Source: Scyliorhinus canicula
Taxonomy: Eukaryota
Direction of reading: 5' to 3'
Assembly (NCBI RefSeq): GCF_902713615.1
Contig: NC_052165.1
Span: forward strand, 38,690,897-38,754,896
Length of the DNA: 64,000 nucleotides
The notes beneath the pieces are model-generated. The model was given only the letters and a program-made list of their open reading frames with translations. It was not told the DNA's origin and did not search any database. Below, in pieces: positions 35,832 through 48,782 of this stretch. The position numbers and the translations under genes were made by a program. The first letter of the stretch is position 1, and each line of letters begins with the position of its first letter.

Positions 35832-38720
35832 AGTGAAGGATGGGGATGGAAATGTAGTGCAGAAGGGGACAGAAGTAAACGGGGTCTTTAGGGACTTTTA
35901 CGAGGGATTGTACCGGTCGGAACCTCCGAGGGGGAGAGAAAGGATGGAGAGCTTCATGAACAGGCTATGTTTCCCAAGGGTTCAAGAGAGGCTGGTAAAG
36001 GGGCTGGGGGCGCCGATAGAGTTGGAGGAGCTAGTCAGGGGGATCGGGCAAATGCAGTCAGGTAAGGCCCCGGGGCCGGACAGGTTCCCGGCAGAATTTT
36101 ACAAAAAATATGCGGACCTGGTGGGTCCCCTGCTGGTGCGAACTTTCAATGAGGCGTGGGAGGGGGGAGGGGGGCTTTGCCCCCGACGATGTCGCGGGCA
36201 CTGATCTCTTTGATCCTAAAACGGGATAAGGACCCCTTGCAGTGCGGATCATATAGGCCTATCTCACTCCTTAACGTAGACGCTAAGTTGCTGGCGAAGA
36301 TCCTGGCTACCAGGATAGAGGATTGTGTGCCAGAGGTAATTCATGAAGATCAGACAGGATTTGTCAAGGGGCGGCAGCTCAACACGAATGTGCGGAGACT
36401 GCTCAATGTTATCATGATGCCGGCAGTGGAGGGGGAGGCGGAGATAGTGGTGGCGCTGGACGAAGAGAAAGCGTTTGATAGAGTTGAGTGGGGGTACCTG
36501 TGGGAGGTACTGGAGAGGTTTGGATTTGGGGAGGGATTCATCAAATGGGTGAGGCTGCTTTACGCAGCGCCGATGGCGAGTGTAGTCACAAATGGAAGGA
36601 GATCGGAGTATTTTAGGCTTTATCGTGGGACCAGGCAGGGGTGTCCCCTGTCCCCCCCTGCTCTTTGCACTGGCGATTGAACCGCTGGCCATGGCGTTGA
36701 GGGAGTCAGGGAGGTGGAGGGGTCTGGTGCGGGGTGGGGAGGAGCACCGGGTATCGCTGTATGCGGACGACCTGCTGTTATATGTGACGGACCCAGAGGG
36801 GGGAATGCCGGGGGTGATGGAGCTGTTAGCGGAATTTGGGAGCTTCTCAGGCTATAAGCTGAACTTAGGAAAGAGCGAGGTATTTGTAGTGCACCCGGGA
36901 GATCAGGAGGAGTGAATTGGGAGGCTCCCCTTCAGGAGGGCAGTGAAGAGTTTCAGGTACCTGGGGGTGCAGGTGGCCAGGAGTTGGGGGGCTCTTCATA
37001 AGCTTAACTTCACCAGACTAGTAGAACAGATGGAGGAGGAATTTAAAAGGTGGGACATGGTGCCGCTATCGCTGGCAGGCAGAATGCAATCCGTGAAAAT
37101 GACGGTTCTCCCGAGGTTCATGTTCCTCTTCCAGTGCTTGCCCATCTTTATCCCTAGGGCCTTTTTTAAAAGGGTGACCAGCAGCATCATGGGATTTGTT
37201 TGGGCGCATGGCACCCCGAGGGTGAAGAGGGTCTTCTTGGAGCGGAGTAGAGATGAGGGGGGGCTGGCGGTGCCCAACCTCTCGGGGTACTACTGGGCGG
37301 CCAACGTGTCGATGGTACGTAAGTGGGTGATGGAGGGGGAGGGGGCAGCATGGAAACGGATGGAGAGAGCGTCCTGTGGGGGATACAAGCCTGGGGTCCC
37401 TGGAAACGGCGCCGTGGCCGCTCCCTCCCACGAGGTATACCACGAGTCCGATGGTGGCGGCTACCCTCAAGATTTGGGGGCAGTGGAGGCGACATAGGGG
37501 AGAAGTGGGGGGCTCAATGGAGGCTCCGTTAAGGGGGAACCATAGGTTCGTCCCGGGGAACATGGATGGGGGATTTTGGGGATGGTATAGAGCAGACATT
37601 AGACAGCTGAGGGACCTGTTTATCGACGGAAGGTTTGCGAGCTTGGGGGAGTTGGAGGAGAAATTTGGGCTCCCGCCGGGAAACATGTTTAGATATCTGC
37701 AGGTAAGGCATTTGCTAGACGGCAGGTGGAGGGATTCCCTGCGCTCCCCGCGAGGGGGGTGAGTGACAGGGTGCTCTCGGGGGTCTGGGTCGGGGAGGGG
37801 AAGATATCCGATATCTACAAGCTTATGCAGGAGGTGGAAGAGGCGTCAGTAGAGGAGCTGAAAACGAAGTGGGAGGGGGAACTGGGGGAACAGATCAAAG
37901 ACGGGACACGGGCTGATGCCCTGGAGAGGGTAAATTCTTCCTCCTCGTGTGCGCGGCTTAGCCTCATCCAATTCAAGGTGCTGCATAGGGCCCACATGAC
38001 TGGGACGAGGATGAGTAGGTTCTTTGGGGGTGAAGATAGGTGTGTCAGGTGCTCGGGGAGTCCAGCGAACCATGCCCATATGTTCTGGGCATGCCCGGCA
38101 TTGGAGGAGTTCTGGAAGGGGGTGGCGAGGACAGTGTCAAGGGTGGTGGGATCCAGGGTCAAGCCAGGATGGGGACTCGCGATCTTTGGGGTTGGGGTAG
38201 AGCCGGGAGTGCAGGAGGCGAAAGAGGCCGGTGTGCTGGCCTTTGCGTCCCTAGTAGCCCGGCGAAGGATTTTGCTACAGTGGAAGGACGCGAGGCCCCC
38301 AAGCGTGGAGACCTGGATCAATGACATGGCGGGCTTCATTAAGCTTGAGAAGGTTAAATTCGCCCTGAGAGGATCGGTGCAAGGGTTCTTTAAACGGTGG
38401 CAACCTTTCCTCGACTTTCTGGCTCAACGATAGGGTACTGGGACAGTAGCAGCAGCATCCCGGGGGGGGGAGAAACGTTGATTATGTTTGCTTATTTTAT
38501 TTAAATTTGATTTATTTAATTTTAATTTATGGTTAAGTTCACTTGTTGGGGGGGGGGGGGGGGGGTGGGGGGGGGGAGTGTGATACATGTGATGTTACGG
38601 TATGGGGGGAATTGTGGGTGTTATGGGGCTGTTAGTTGCATATTACTGCTTGTTGCTATACTTGTTATATTTTTATATTTTCTGTAAAAAATTTCAATAA
38701 AAATTATTTATAAAAAAAAA
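35832..38720 (+). mobile_element. 5'-truncated L1 (RT to 3' end) inserted in a SINE, in CCDC107 intron 1
   Basis: RT motifs, FLDFLAQR*, AATAAA and poly-A, TSD-like aaaatcccctagtc and aaaatccccaaagtc. Confidence 0.92.
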
Positions 38721-40050
38721 ATCCCCAAAGTCGTCACAATCTGGCACCTGTTCAAGTACACTGAAGGAGAATTCAGAATGCCCAATACACTTTGGTTAAG
38801 ATCTGTCCATGGTCCACTCTATCTGAATTTAAAGGACCAGTCTAAACTGGATGCAAGCCTGGCAGAACCCCAAATTCCAGGTTGTCATGAGTGGGAAAAT
38901 AGCCTTCCTGTACCGTCCAACCCTAGAATTTCTTACGAACATACAATTTAATAAGAGCAGGAGTAGGCCATTTTGAACCCAGAGGCTGGGTCGTTAAGTG
39001 TGTTCAAGGCTGAGATGGGACAGATTTTTAATCAGTAAGGGAATAAGGCAGGGAAGTGGAGTTTAGGATTATCATATCAGATCAGTCATGATCTCATTGA
39101 ATGGTGAAGGAGACTCACTGGGCCAAATGACCTACTTCTGCTCGTCTGTGTTATGGTCTCTGGGGGGTTAACCCTACAACTTCATGTGCACATTTATTTG
39201 AATTAAATTTTCACACATCAAACACTAGGTGCTTACACTTTAGCCAGATAAAATAAAAACTAAAAAGGTCACAAAATGAATCTTTAGACTTGGACAGGAG
39301 TTAGCCAGTTGAACAAAGACAAATGATAAATTAAAATGTATTGCGAGAAAGAAAACAAATTGAATTGGTTGGGACATATATTGACGATCACAGTGAAGCA
39401 GCCTGTAATAGGGTGATTTTCTGCTTTTATCACTGCAACTAGGGACTAAATTGTTGCTAGCTAATTATCTGGAAACCCTATCTATAACATATTTACAAAG
39501 ATAGTCAAAGCTCAAGGGAGCAATGATGCCAGGTGTTCCTGAGAGAGAGAACTTTACCCATCCCTACATTAGGCTGTTATAACACAAACACCTATCTGGC
39601 AGGCATAGCTCAGTTGATAACACTCTACTCATTTGAGTTAGAAGGTTTTGGGTTCAGTACGCAGTCCACACTGGGGACAAAATCTAGGCTGACACTCAAC
39701 AAATGCAGTGCGAAGGGAAAGCTACAACGGCTGTCTTTCCAACGAGAAACGTCCCCATCTAGTAATCTCTCAGGTGGATGTAAAATATTCCTTGGACCAA
39801 TTCGAAGAGCAGCAAGGAAGTTTTCCCGTGTCCCCTCTGGCCTCACAGCTGGTGAGGCCTCCCCCTGCCTGACACCCAGTGTCTGGGACTTCAATGGGTG
39901 CTCCCACCCAACTTGCCGATCAGTGCATGTACCCTTTGGTCAGTCACTGTCTATAGTGAGCAGTTAGTGTCCGTACTCGGGTCTGCTGCTCAGTGTCCGT
40001 GACCCCCCCCCCACCCCACCCCACCACAAAACAACACCTTCCCTTCCTAC

Positions 40051-40186
40051 CTGCCGGGCGGTGAGCCGCTGACCGTGCCGCGGCCTCCCTCTCGCCGCCT
40101 GCTCCCCATGGGAAGAGCTTTGGAACGAGCACAAAGACACAGAGGAAGAGGCCGAGAGCCAGGGCTGCCTGCTGACCCAGCGACAT
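40051..40186 (-). CDS. CCDC107: CCDC107 (RIC3-domain protein) exon 1, N-terminal hydrophobic segment
   Basis: MSLGQQAALALGLFLCVFVLVPKLF is a RIC3-family N-terminus. cag|gtagg donor, 136 nt, phase 1. GC-rich 5' UTR with a (GCC)n tract. Confidence 0.85.
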
Positions 40187-43100
40187 AGTCAGTGTGCCCG
40201 CTCCTGCAGCCGCCGCCGCCGCCGCTTCCCCTCCCCCTCCTACGGATCACCACCCGCGGCCGCCGCACCAACTGTTTCGAAATTCAATCGCTTTCCCACC
40301 ACAACCGAGAGTGTATCCAGAGTGTCACAGTTTCTTCACAATCTGCAGCAGTGTGAAAGGCATTAATCAACATCTACGTTTGCAGTGCAAGGTCGGTGCA
40401 GATGATGCTATTTAAGTTGATAGGTTTTTTTCCCCCAATTATTCTGATTCTGCCTCTAAATGTAGTTCAGACTTTGGGACAGGCTAGCTTCTCCTTAAAT
40501 TGTACGTGGCAGCTAAATCACGGCGATCTTAACCTGGTCAAAACTCTTACAACGTCAGCTGGCAACATCACAGCACAAACGGGAGCACCTTCTCTACATG
40601 GTATATAGAGATTGGAGAAAAGGACCAACCGTTTTCTCAAGTACACACTCAGGATGGTAAATAAATGACAGCCTTTTAGTGGTTCCCAAACCTCAAGAAC
40701 CCTGGACAGGAGAGGTGACCAGATTTTCAAAATGGTAAACCAGGACTCCCTGAGGTAAGGCTCCCTCACAACAGGAACCCTAGCAAAACTGGAGTCAATG
40801 GGAATCCGAGGGGGAGGAGGGGGGGGGAAGGCGGGGTGGCTCCGCTTTTGGAGTGATAGTTGGCACCAAGGAAGATGGTTGTGGTGGTTGGAGGTCAATG
40901 ATCCCAGCTCCAGGACATTACTGCAGGAGTTCCTCAGAACAGGGTCCTAGACCCAATCATCTTCACCTGTTTCATCCATGACCTTCCTCCCACTATACTG
41001 TCAGAAATGGAAATGTCGGCTGATGATTGGCCACAGTTCAGCACCATTCATCATTCCTCAGATACTGAAACAGTTCATGTCCAAATTCAGCGTGACCTGG
41101 AAAATATCCAGGAGTGGGCTGACAGGTGACAAGTAACATTCGCACCACACAAGTGCCAGGCAATAACATTCAATGGCATTGCTATAGCTGAATATCCCAC
41201 TATCAACGTCCTGAGGGTTACCTTGAACAGAAGCTGTACTGCAGTAGCCGCTACAAGAGCACGTCAGAGGCTAGAAATCCTGTGACAGGTAACTGACCTC
41301 CTGACTTCCCATAGCCTGTAAGTGATACCCAACCCTCAAGAACCTTGGGCAGGTGAGGCAACCAGATTTTCAAACTCATCCTTACCTGGATGAGTGTGTT
41401 CCAACAACACTCAAGAAGCTTCACACCATCAAGGACAAAGCAGCCTGATTGATTGGCACCCCATTCACAAACATTCACTCCCTCCATCATCAACACACAG
41501 TGGCAGCAGTATGTACCATCTACAAATGCACTGCAGAACTCGCCAAGGCTCCTTCACAGCACCTTCCTAAACTACAACCACTACCCTCTGGAAGGGCAAG
41601 GACAGCAGACACATGGGAACACCACAACCTGCAATGTCCCATCCAAGCTATAAGATTTTGATAATTCTACTAATTATTAGGGCTTTCTGTTGGTTTGCAA
41701 CATCTGTCGATTTTATTCCAACCACATTTTAAATGGATTAGTTGTGAATTTCTGTCAGCATAACTATGGGAGTCAAGATAGTTAGGATTCTTTACAGGAA
41801 GGCTGCTGTATTTGTGAGAAACTATGTTGAATTGTTTTACAACTTTAAATTCCTGAGAGTCTTGAGTTGGAGCAGTTGTCTTAATTGCTCAGAATACAAT
41901 TAGGTTCAAGAACTGGCTAAAAATAATTTGTTCCTGGAATGACACATTATGTGTAAATAAACCATACATTACTTTGATTGATCTGTACCTGAAGGAAACA
42001 TTTATTTTCTATTTTCATGATAGGAAGTGGTTTTAACATTTGTTCTTGATGGTTTTAGTATTTGTGAAATTTCCAAATTTCCAAGTAAATCAGGAGGAAT
42101 AATGAGAAGTGGGCATAACAGTATAAAAATCATAGTCTTTGTTGGCACAGTATTACCATGGCTTCTGGGGTATGATACTTCTGGACACGGTTCACCGGCA
42201 CTTCAAAGACAGAGAAAGAAAAGACATTGTGTTGAAAATGCTCAAGGACTCCTAGGAAGGTAAGGGATAATGAATTTCTATGTTGTCTTCACTGCGTTAA
42301 GTATTATGTTACATCTTGCTTAATAAATTCTGCTTGATTTGTGCATACTAGTTATTTGTACCTTGTTCGGTCAAGCACAACAGAGGACCCCAGTGTTAGA
42401 CGTTAAGAATTTGAACCTTAGAATTTTTAATTTAGAAGGGTTTATCAGCATCCTGACTTGGAAAAATATCACCATTCCTTCACTGTCACTGGATCACAAT
42501 CCAGAAACTCCCTCCTCAACAGCACTGTGAATATGCTACAATAGACGGACTGCAAGAAGGCAGCTCACCACCACCTTGTGAAGGGCAATTATGAATAGGC
42601 AATAAGTGCTGGTCTAACAGTGATGCCCACATTCCAAGACTGAATTTTTAAAAACAGGAACAGATTTCCCTGTGCAGTTCCTCAGGTTCAGCACCTTCTC
42701 TGTTTTTATCATTGTAGAAGCAAACAATCATAAATTATGGTTTCTTTCTTTGATTCTTTGCCAAATCCTGAGGAACTCACGCTCTGTGAAAGTAAACAAC
42801 TTGGACAAGCACCTCCCGCACAAGTTCTGCCCACCTCACCCAGAAGTGCTTTCCATGCGTTATCTGCAAATGTGATGCCATGCTTCGGGGCAAAGCGGAC
42901 AGACTGCACTGACTGTAGGACAAGCTGGCAGATCTAGGACGCAGACACAGACCTAAATTCAATTTTAACTCATTTTGCTCCTGTAGAACATCCTACATGC
43001 TGGTAATGGAGAATAGCTGAAACTGTGAGATTCTCTGGGAGTGCAGAGGATGCAGGTAGGTGCCTGGTTTGGGGTTTCTCAATCAGTCCATGAACGGTGA

Positions 43101-43454
43101 GGTGGTCGATGTCCCTGGGGCTCACCTTCCATCACATTTCCAGGCTATTGGAACCTTTTATCGTCAACAGAATGGCTGAGTTAATGGCAGTCATAGGTAA
43201 TGGGGGGAGAGGCAGGAAAGTGGATTTAAAGCGACAATTAGATCAGTTGTGATCTTATTGAATGGGAAAACAAACTAGAGAAACCAAATGGTCTACTATT
43301 TTGTTTTGATGTTCCAGATTTACCAAGTCCCCTCCACTTCTGCAATACCATGGTAGCCATTCACACCTTTTTTTGACCTATTTCCCCCCCCCCCCCCCCC
43401 CCCCCCTTTGCAGGTCTGTCAGCATTTGTGCAGAGAAACAGAGTTAACATAAAA

Positions 43455-43780
43455 CATTTACAGCGCAGGAGGAGGCCATTCGGCCCATCGAGTCTGCACC
43501 AGCCCTTAGAAAGGGCATCCCACTTAAGCCCACACCTCCACCCTGTCCCCGTAACCCAGCATCCCCACCTAACCTTTTTGGACACTAAGTCAATTTAGCA
43601 TGGCCAAACCACCTAACAAGCAAATCTTTGGACTGTGGGAGAAAATGGAGTACCCGGAGGAAACCCACGCAGACAAGAGGAGAACGTGCAGACTCCGCAC
43701 TGACAGTGACCCAAGCCGGGAATCGAGCCTAGGACCCTGGAACTGTGAAGCAACCATGCTAACCAACGTGCTACCATGCC
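43455..43780 (-). mobile_element. HE1-type SINE
   Basis: Full copy. Confidence 0.8.
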
Positions 43781-43862
43781 ACACACCCAATCTATCTAAC
43801 CCAGACAGTCTTAGTCTTTTCAGTCTGTGCCCTGAAGTTTCATTCTTTTAGGGATGGAGGTA

Positions 43863-44122
43863 TGTAACGATCCTTCCTGTTTATTCCCTTATTTCCCCAT
43901 TCTTTTATTTTGCTGTTATTTTGACCCATGGATGATTACTGGACATATGTCTTTAAGGCAAGCATAAAAATTCAGACGTTACAGGAGTGATCACTTTGCA
44001 AGTCTATGCTGGTTTAAACAGAAGGTGCAGACTTAAAGAGAAGCACCAGAGAAAGAGATGGGGTGGGATTCAGTTTGATTGATTGGCTGGTGACCAATAT
44101 TTGGCCAGACTAGTCCACCCCT
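43863..44122 (+). mobile_element. Partial LTR related to the adjacent solo LTR
   Basis: Starts tgtaacgatccttcctgttt, similar to the minus-strand start of 44127-44862. Confidence 0.5.
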
Positions 44123-44126
44123 CCAG

Positions 44127-44862
44127 TGTTACGACACCCTGGGCTAGTGCCCGGTCAATTCCAGCCCTACAGATCCCGGAGTAGCAACACAAGTGAATTA
44201 ACCAATAATTTGTAAAACGTTTCTGAGATATTTGACCCTTGTCTGCTCCAATGACTTACAGGCACCAGATTTTTAAGTGAAACCAACTACTGCCTATTTA
44301 GAACAAAAATAGAGATAAGACATGCAATACTTAGAAGAGCGGTCAGCTAATCTCCTATATTCCCCCCCCACCCCCCCGCCCACTTTACCATCCTACTCTC
44401 TACCCAAACACACAAGACGCACACACAGAGGAAGGGGGAGGGGTAAAAATAAGCGCTGGATAGATCCCGGAAGAGGGATATCCCGGAAGAGGGATATCCC
44501 GGCATCTACCGTTTGCGTTGCGTCATGCTGCCTTTCGGGCATAACGCGGCCGGTAGATTGCGCCAATTATCTCACAGAGTAAGGAACATTCCAGAGAAAA
44601 ACCTGACCAATCAGCACGATCCATTAATAAGGAACGTCAATCTGAAACTGTCTATTGGCCGACAGCCAAGTCCATCAAAATGTGTCGTGATTGAGTCAGA
44701 ACAGCCCAACTGCTGGAGGCTGTTGTTTTTTAATTAAAGGTGAAGTCCCTGTTAAAGGCATAGGAAAATTTTTGTTCAGGTACAAAAATTATCAATGGCA
44801 AAACAAAAGAAATAAAGGGAATAAGCCAGGAAAAACAGGGTTCAAACAGGAGGATCCTCACA
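44127..44862 (-). mobile_element. Solo LTR (736 bp)
   Basis: TG...CA termini, 4-bp TSD CCAG (44123-44126, 44863-44866), CCAAT boxes. Confidence 0.75.
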
Positions 44863-44939
44863 CCAGTCAGACTTCCCGCACTGCCGCCCCCCCCCCCCCC
44901 GCCCCGCCCCGCCCGCCTGCTGCAAACAACCCCCCAGTT

Positions 44940-45962
44940 TGAATCCTCCGGCCTCCTCCGACACCCCCCTCCTCTCCAGTCTGAGACCTCCTAATTTCCG
45001 AACCCCTCCTCCAGTCTGAGCGCCACTTTCTTCCGACCCAGTCCCAACCCCTCCGATTCCCTCCCCTCCCCTCTGACCCAGTCCCAACCCCAACCCCTCC
45101 GATTCCCCTCCCCTCCGAACTCCCTCCCCTCCGAACTCCCTCCCCTCCATCCTTCCAAAGCTCCTCCCTTCCAGTGTGACCTCTCCCTCCCCTCCAGTGA
45201 CCCCCTTCCCTCTGACAACCCATCCACTCCGACACCTTCATTCCCCTCCACTTCAACCTGACTACCCCCTCCCCTCTCTCCAACCACCGATTCCCACTCC
45301 CCATCCCTCCGATTCCCCTCCCCTCCGAACTCCCTCCCCCTCCACCCTTCCAAAGCTCCTCCCTTCCAGTGTGACCTCTCCCTCCCCTCCAGTCCGACCC
45401 CCATCCACTCCGACACCTTCATCCACCTCCCCTTCAACCTGACTACCCCCTCCCCACAATCCCCGCTTCTCCCTCCCCATCCCTCCGATTCCCCTCCAAA
45501 CTCCCTCCCCCTCCATCCTTCCAAAGCTCCTCCCTTCCAGTGTGACCTCTCCCTCCCCTCCAACCCCCTTCCCTCCGACAACCCATCCACTCCAACACCT
45601 TCATTCACCTCCCTTTCAACCTGACTACCCCCTCCCCTCCCCTCAAACCCCTTCCGATTCACCTTCCCCATCCCTCCACCCTCCTCTCCAACCCCCTACC
45701 CTCCTCTCCAACCCCCTACCCTCCTCTCCAACCCTTCTCCCATCCCTCCCCAATACTCCTCCCCCTCCCACTTCCCCCATCTCCACCCCCCACTTCCCCC
45801 ATCTCCACCCCCCACTTCCCCCATCTCCACCCCCCACTTCCCCCATCTCCACCCCCCACTTCCCCCATCTCCACCCCCCACACCCTCTCCCCGGCTCCCA
45901 TCCTCCTCCTCCCCATCTCCACCCCCCATCCTACTCCTCCCCACCCCTCCCCCCATCCTACT
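44940..45962. repeat. C-rich compound tandem repeat upstream of GLIPR1
   Basis: Three degenerate ~170-195-bp units, about three 20-bp units (45678-45735) and five 22-bp units (45769-45878). Confidence 0.9.
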
Positions 45963-46076
45963 CATGGTATTAAACGTGCAAATTTCGCCATAGACCTTGC
46001 AACAGCTTGAGGCGTCAAATACGAAGCTTCCGTTAAGAAACGTTTTCAGAGTTGCGGAAGTAACAAGTTAATCAGA

Positions 46077-46247
46077 ATGTGGAGACCGTGGTTCTGCGAA
46101 GTTTCGCTTTATTTAATTTTTAACTTTGCTGTTCTTGGCGCCGTATTTTCTAATGACATTAATGAAGATTTCATTAGGGAGTCCATCCGTGCTCATAACT
46201 TCTATCGTTCGAAAGTCGATCCTCCTGCAAGCAACATGCTGTATATG
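46077..46247 (+). CDS. GLIPR1: GLIPR1-like CAP/SCP protein exon 1 (signal peptide to HNFYRSKVDPPASNMLYM)
   Basis: Signal-peptide-like N-terminus, HNxxRSxVxPPASNMLYM motif, ATG|gtatgg donor, 171 nt, phase 0. Confidence 0.9.
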
Positions 46248-46439
46248 GTATGGAAACATTGCACAGTTAACCTTTAAAGTGTTTTTACAATGTTATAATG
46301 CAGTCGAAATGATTGCTGCAGGGACAGGGCAAGCGTGATATTACCTGTGAAACAAGTCTGTTCTCGTTCCGTTCTGCCGTGGTGTTTTAGAGTAACTGTT
46401 GAAACAGTTCCCTAAAATTGTGCACATTTCAGAGAGCGC

Positions 46440-47570
46440 CCAAGCCGATTTGTTAAGAGTTGTTATCTCAATGATCAGTAAATTCCCAGATGACACAAAA
46501 ATTGATGGTGTGGGAATAGCGAGGAGTAAAGCCTTAGATTACAGTTGATGTAGAGGGGCTGGTCAGGTGGGCAGAACTGTGGCAAATGGAATGTAACTCT
46601 GAAAAGTGTGAGGTGATGCATTTTCGGGACCTTTATAAAACACAGGGGGCGCCTAGGAAGTACTGAGGAGCAGAGGGACCTTGGGTGCATAGAGAACAGT
46701 CCAAATAATTCTAAAGGCAGCAGGACAGGTAGATGAGGTGGTTACAGGCGTATAGATTCACAGATTCCCGACAGTGCAGAAGGAGGCCATTCGGCCCATC
46801 GTGTCTGCACTGACGCCTCTGAACAAGCACGCTACTCAGGCCCATGCCCCACCCCTGTAACCCGGTAACCCCAGCTAGATTTGGACACCAAGAGGTAATT
46901 TAGCATGGCAATCCACCTAACCTTTACAGCTTTGGACTTTGGATATCTTTGCATATATGGGATACTTGCCTTTATTAGCCGAGGTATAGGATATAATAAG
47001 AGCAGGGAGGCTCTGATGGAGCTGTATAAAATGCTTGTTAGACCACAGCTCAAGAGCTCAGTCACCACATTACAGGAAGGCTGTGATTTCACAAGAGGTG
47101 GTGTAGAGGACATTCATCAAAACAGGCCTGGGCTGGAGCATTTCAAATATGAAGAGAGGCTGGCTAGGGTGTTTTTTTCCCCTTAGAGCAGGGCGGAGGG
47201 GAGGGGGGAAAACTCATTGAGGTGTGTAAAATTATGAGGGGCATAGATAGGGTAGATGGGATGAAACCTTTCCCCTCGGTAGAGGAGTCAATAACCAGGG
47301 GGCATACAGTTAAGGAAAGGAGCAAGAGATTTAGAGGCAATTTGGGGAAAACCTTTTCACCCAGAGGGTAGTAGGAATCTGAAACTCACTGCCTGAAAGG
47401 GTGGTAGAGACAGGAGCCCTCACAACATTTGAGAAGGCTTTAGATGAGCACTTGAAATGCCATAGCATACAAAGCTATGGACAATGTGCTGGAAAATGGG
47501 ATTAGAATAGATAGGTGCTTGATGGCCGGCGCAGACCCGATGGGTTAAAGGGCCTCTTTCTGTGCTGTAA
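46440..47570 (+). mobile_element. CR1 3' fragment with an internal partial SINE
   Basis: YGILAFISRGI, LVRPQL and CR1 tail. Confidence 0.75.
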
Positions 47571-47679
47571 AACCCTTGTCTGTAAGGCAAAATCATGGCC
47601 AGGTATTTCCGGCTGCTGACTGAATCCAATTACTAGCACTTGGCTAGAGTGCAACCCGTTCAGAATTAGGTGTTATGGA

Positions 47680-47986
47680 ATAGAGTTCATAGAATCCCTA
47701 CAGTGCAGAAGGAGGCCATTCGGCCTATCAAGACTGCACCAATCCTCCAAAAGAGCACACTACCGAGGCCCACTCCCCCTTAACCCCACCTAACCTTTGG
47801 ACACTAAGGGGCAATTTACCATGGCAAATCCACCTAACCCGCACATCTTTGAACTGTGGGAGGAAACCAGGTCAAACCCACGCAGACATGGGGAGAACAT
47901 GCAAACTCCACACAGTCACCCAAGGACAGAATTGAACCCGGTTCCCTGGTGCTGTGAGTCAGCAGTGCTAACCACTGTGCCGCCCA
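47680..47986 (-). mobile_element. HE1-type SINE
   Basis: Full copy. Confidence 0.8.
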
Positions 47987-48475
47987 TATGATAATGCCAG
48001 AAAGGATCATGGAAGCAAATTCAGTGGTAACACTCAAGAGGGAAGTGGTTAAAAAATTGCAGGTTTTGGGGGAGAAGCGGGTATTAATTGAACAGCTCTT
48101 AACAAGGAGCCAGCATGAGTACAATGGATTGAAGGGGCTCCTTCTGGACTGCAACATTCCATTTTTCTTCAGTGCTCAAATACTCTCCCAATTACCAGAA
48201 CCAGATGCGAGTGCCATTAGTTAAAACAAGTATGGGAAAGGAAGTAATTATTACCTGGCGTCCTTTCTCCCCTGGATTTCCTAGTTCATCCTTTTATCTT
48301 GCAATGTTTAAAATTTAAAGATCCACAGGTGACCCAAAAAGGACATCAAATCATAGGTGATTTTAAAGCAGCTCATTAAGAAGCAATGTTTTGGATATGA
48401 CACGTAAGCCAAATATACAAGAGAGACATCAGGCCCATAACAGATGAAAATGGTTTTCTGGCCCCAAATTGGATG

Positions 48476-48782
48476 GGCGGGTGGCACAGTGGTTAGCCCT
48501 GCTGCCTCGCAGCCCCAGGGACCTGGGTTCAATTCAAACCTTGGGTGAATGTGTGAAGTTTGCACTTCCCCTACATTTGCGTGGATTTCCTCTGGGTGCT
48601 CTGGTTTCCTTCTACGGTCCAAAGATGTGAAGGTGGATTGCCCCTCAGTGACCAACAGTTAGGTGGGGATATAGGGTTACAGGGATAGAGTGGCTCAGGT
48701 AGGGTGCTCTTTCGGTGGGTCGGTGCAGACTCGATGGGCAAAATGGCCTCCTTCCGCACTGTAGGGATCCTATGATTCTATG
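48476..48782 (+). mobile_element. HE1-type SINE
   Basis: Full copy. Confidence 0.8.

Noticed and set aside
25684-40186. Calling the gene RIC3
   Set aside because: The PLYAIG and LAQTE..LDPL motifs, the length and the neighbouring genes fit CCDC107 better.
45769-45878. CRISPR-like periodicity
   Set aside because: Head-to-tail repeats with no spacers, in eukaryotic DNA.
44842-45973. Long Gly/Pro-rich ORFs
   Set aside because: Low-complexity tandem repeat lacking stop codons.
40200-46000. RMRP (RNase MRP RNA), which is head-to-head with human CCDC107
   Set aside because: No GAAAGTCCCC / GGGGCTCA core found by eye; an Infernal search would be decisive.
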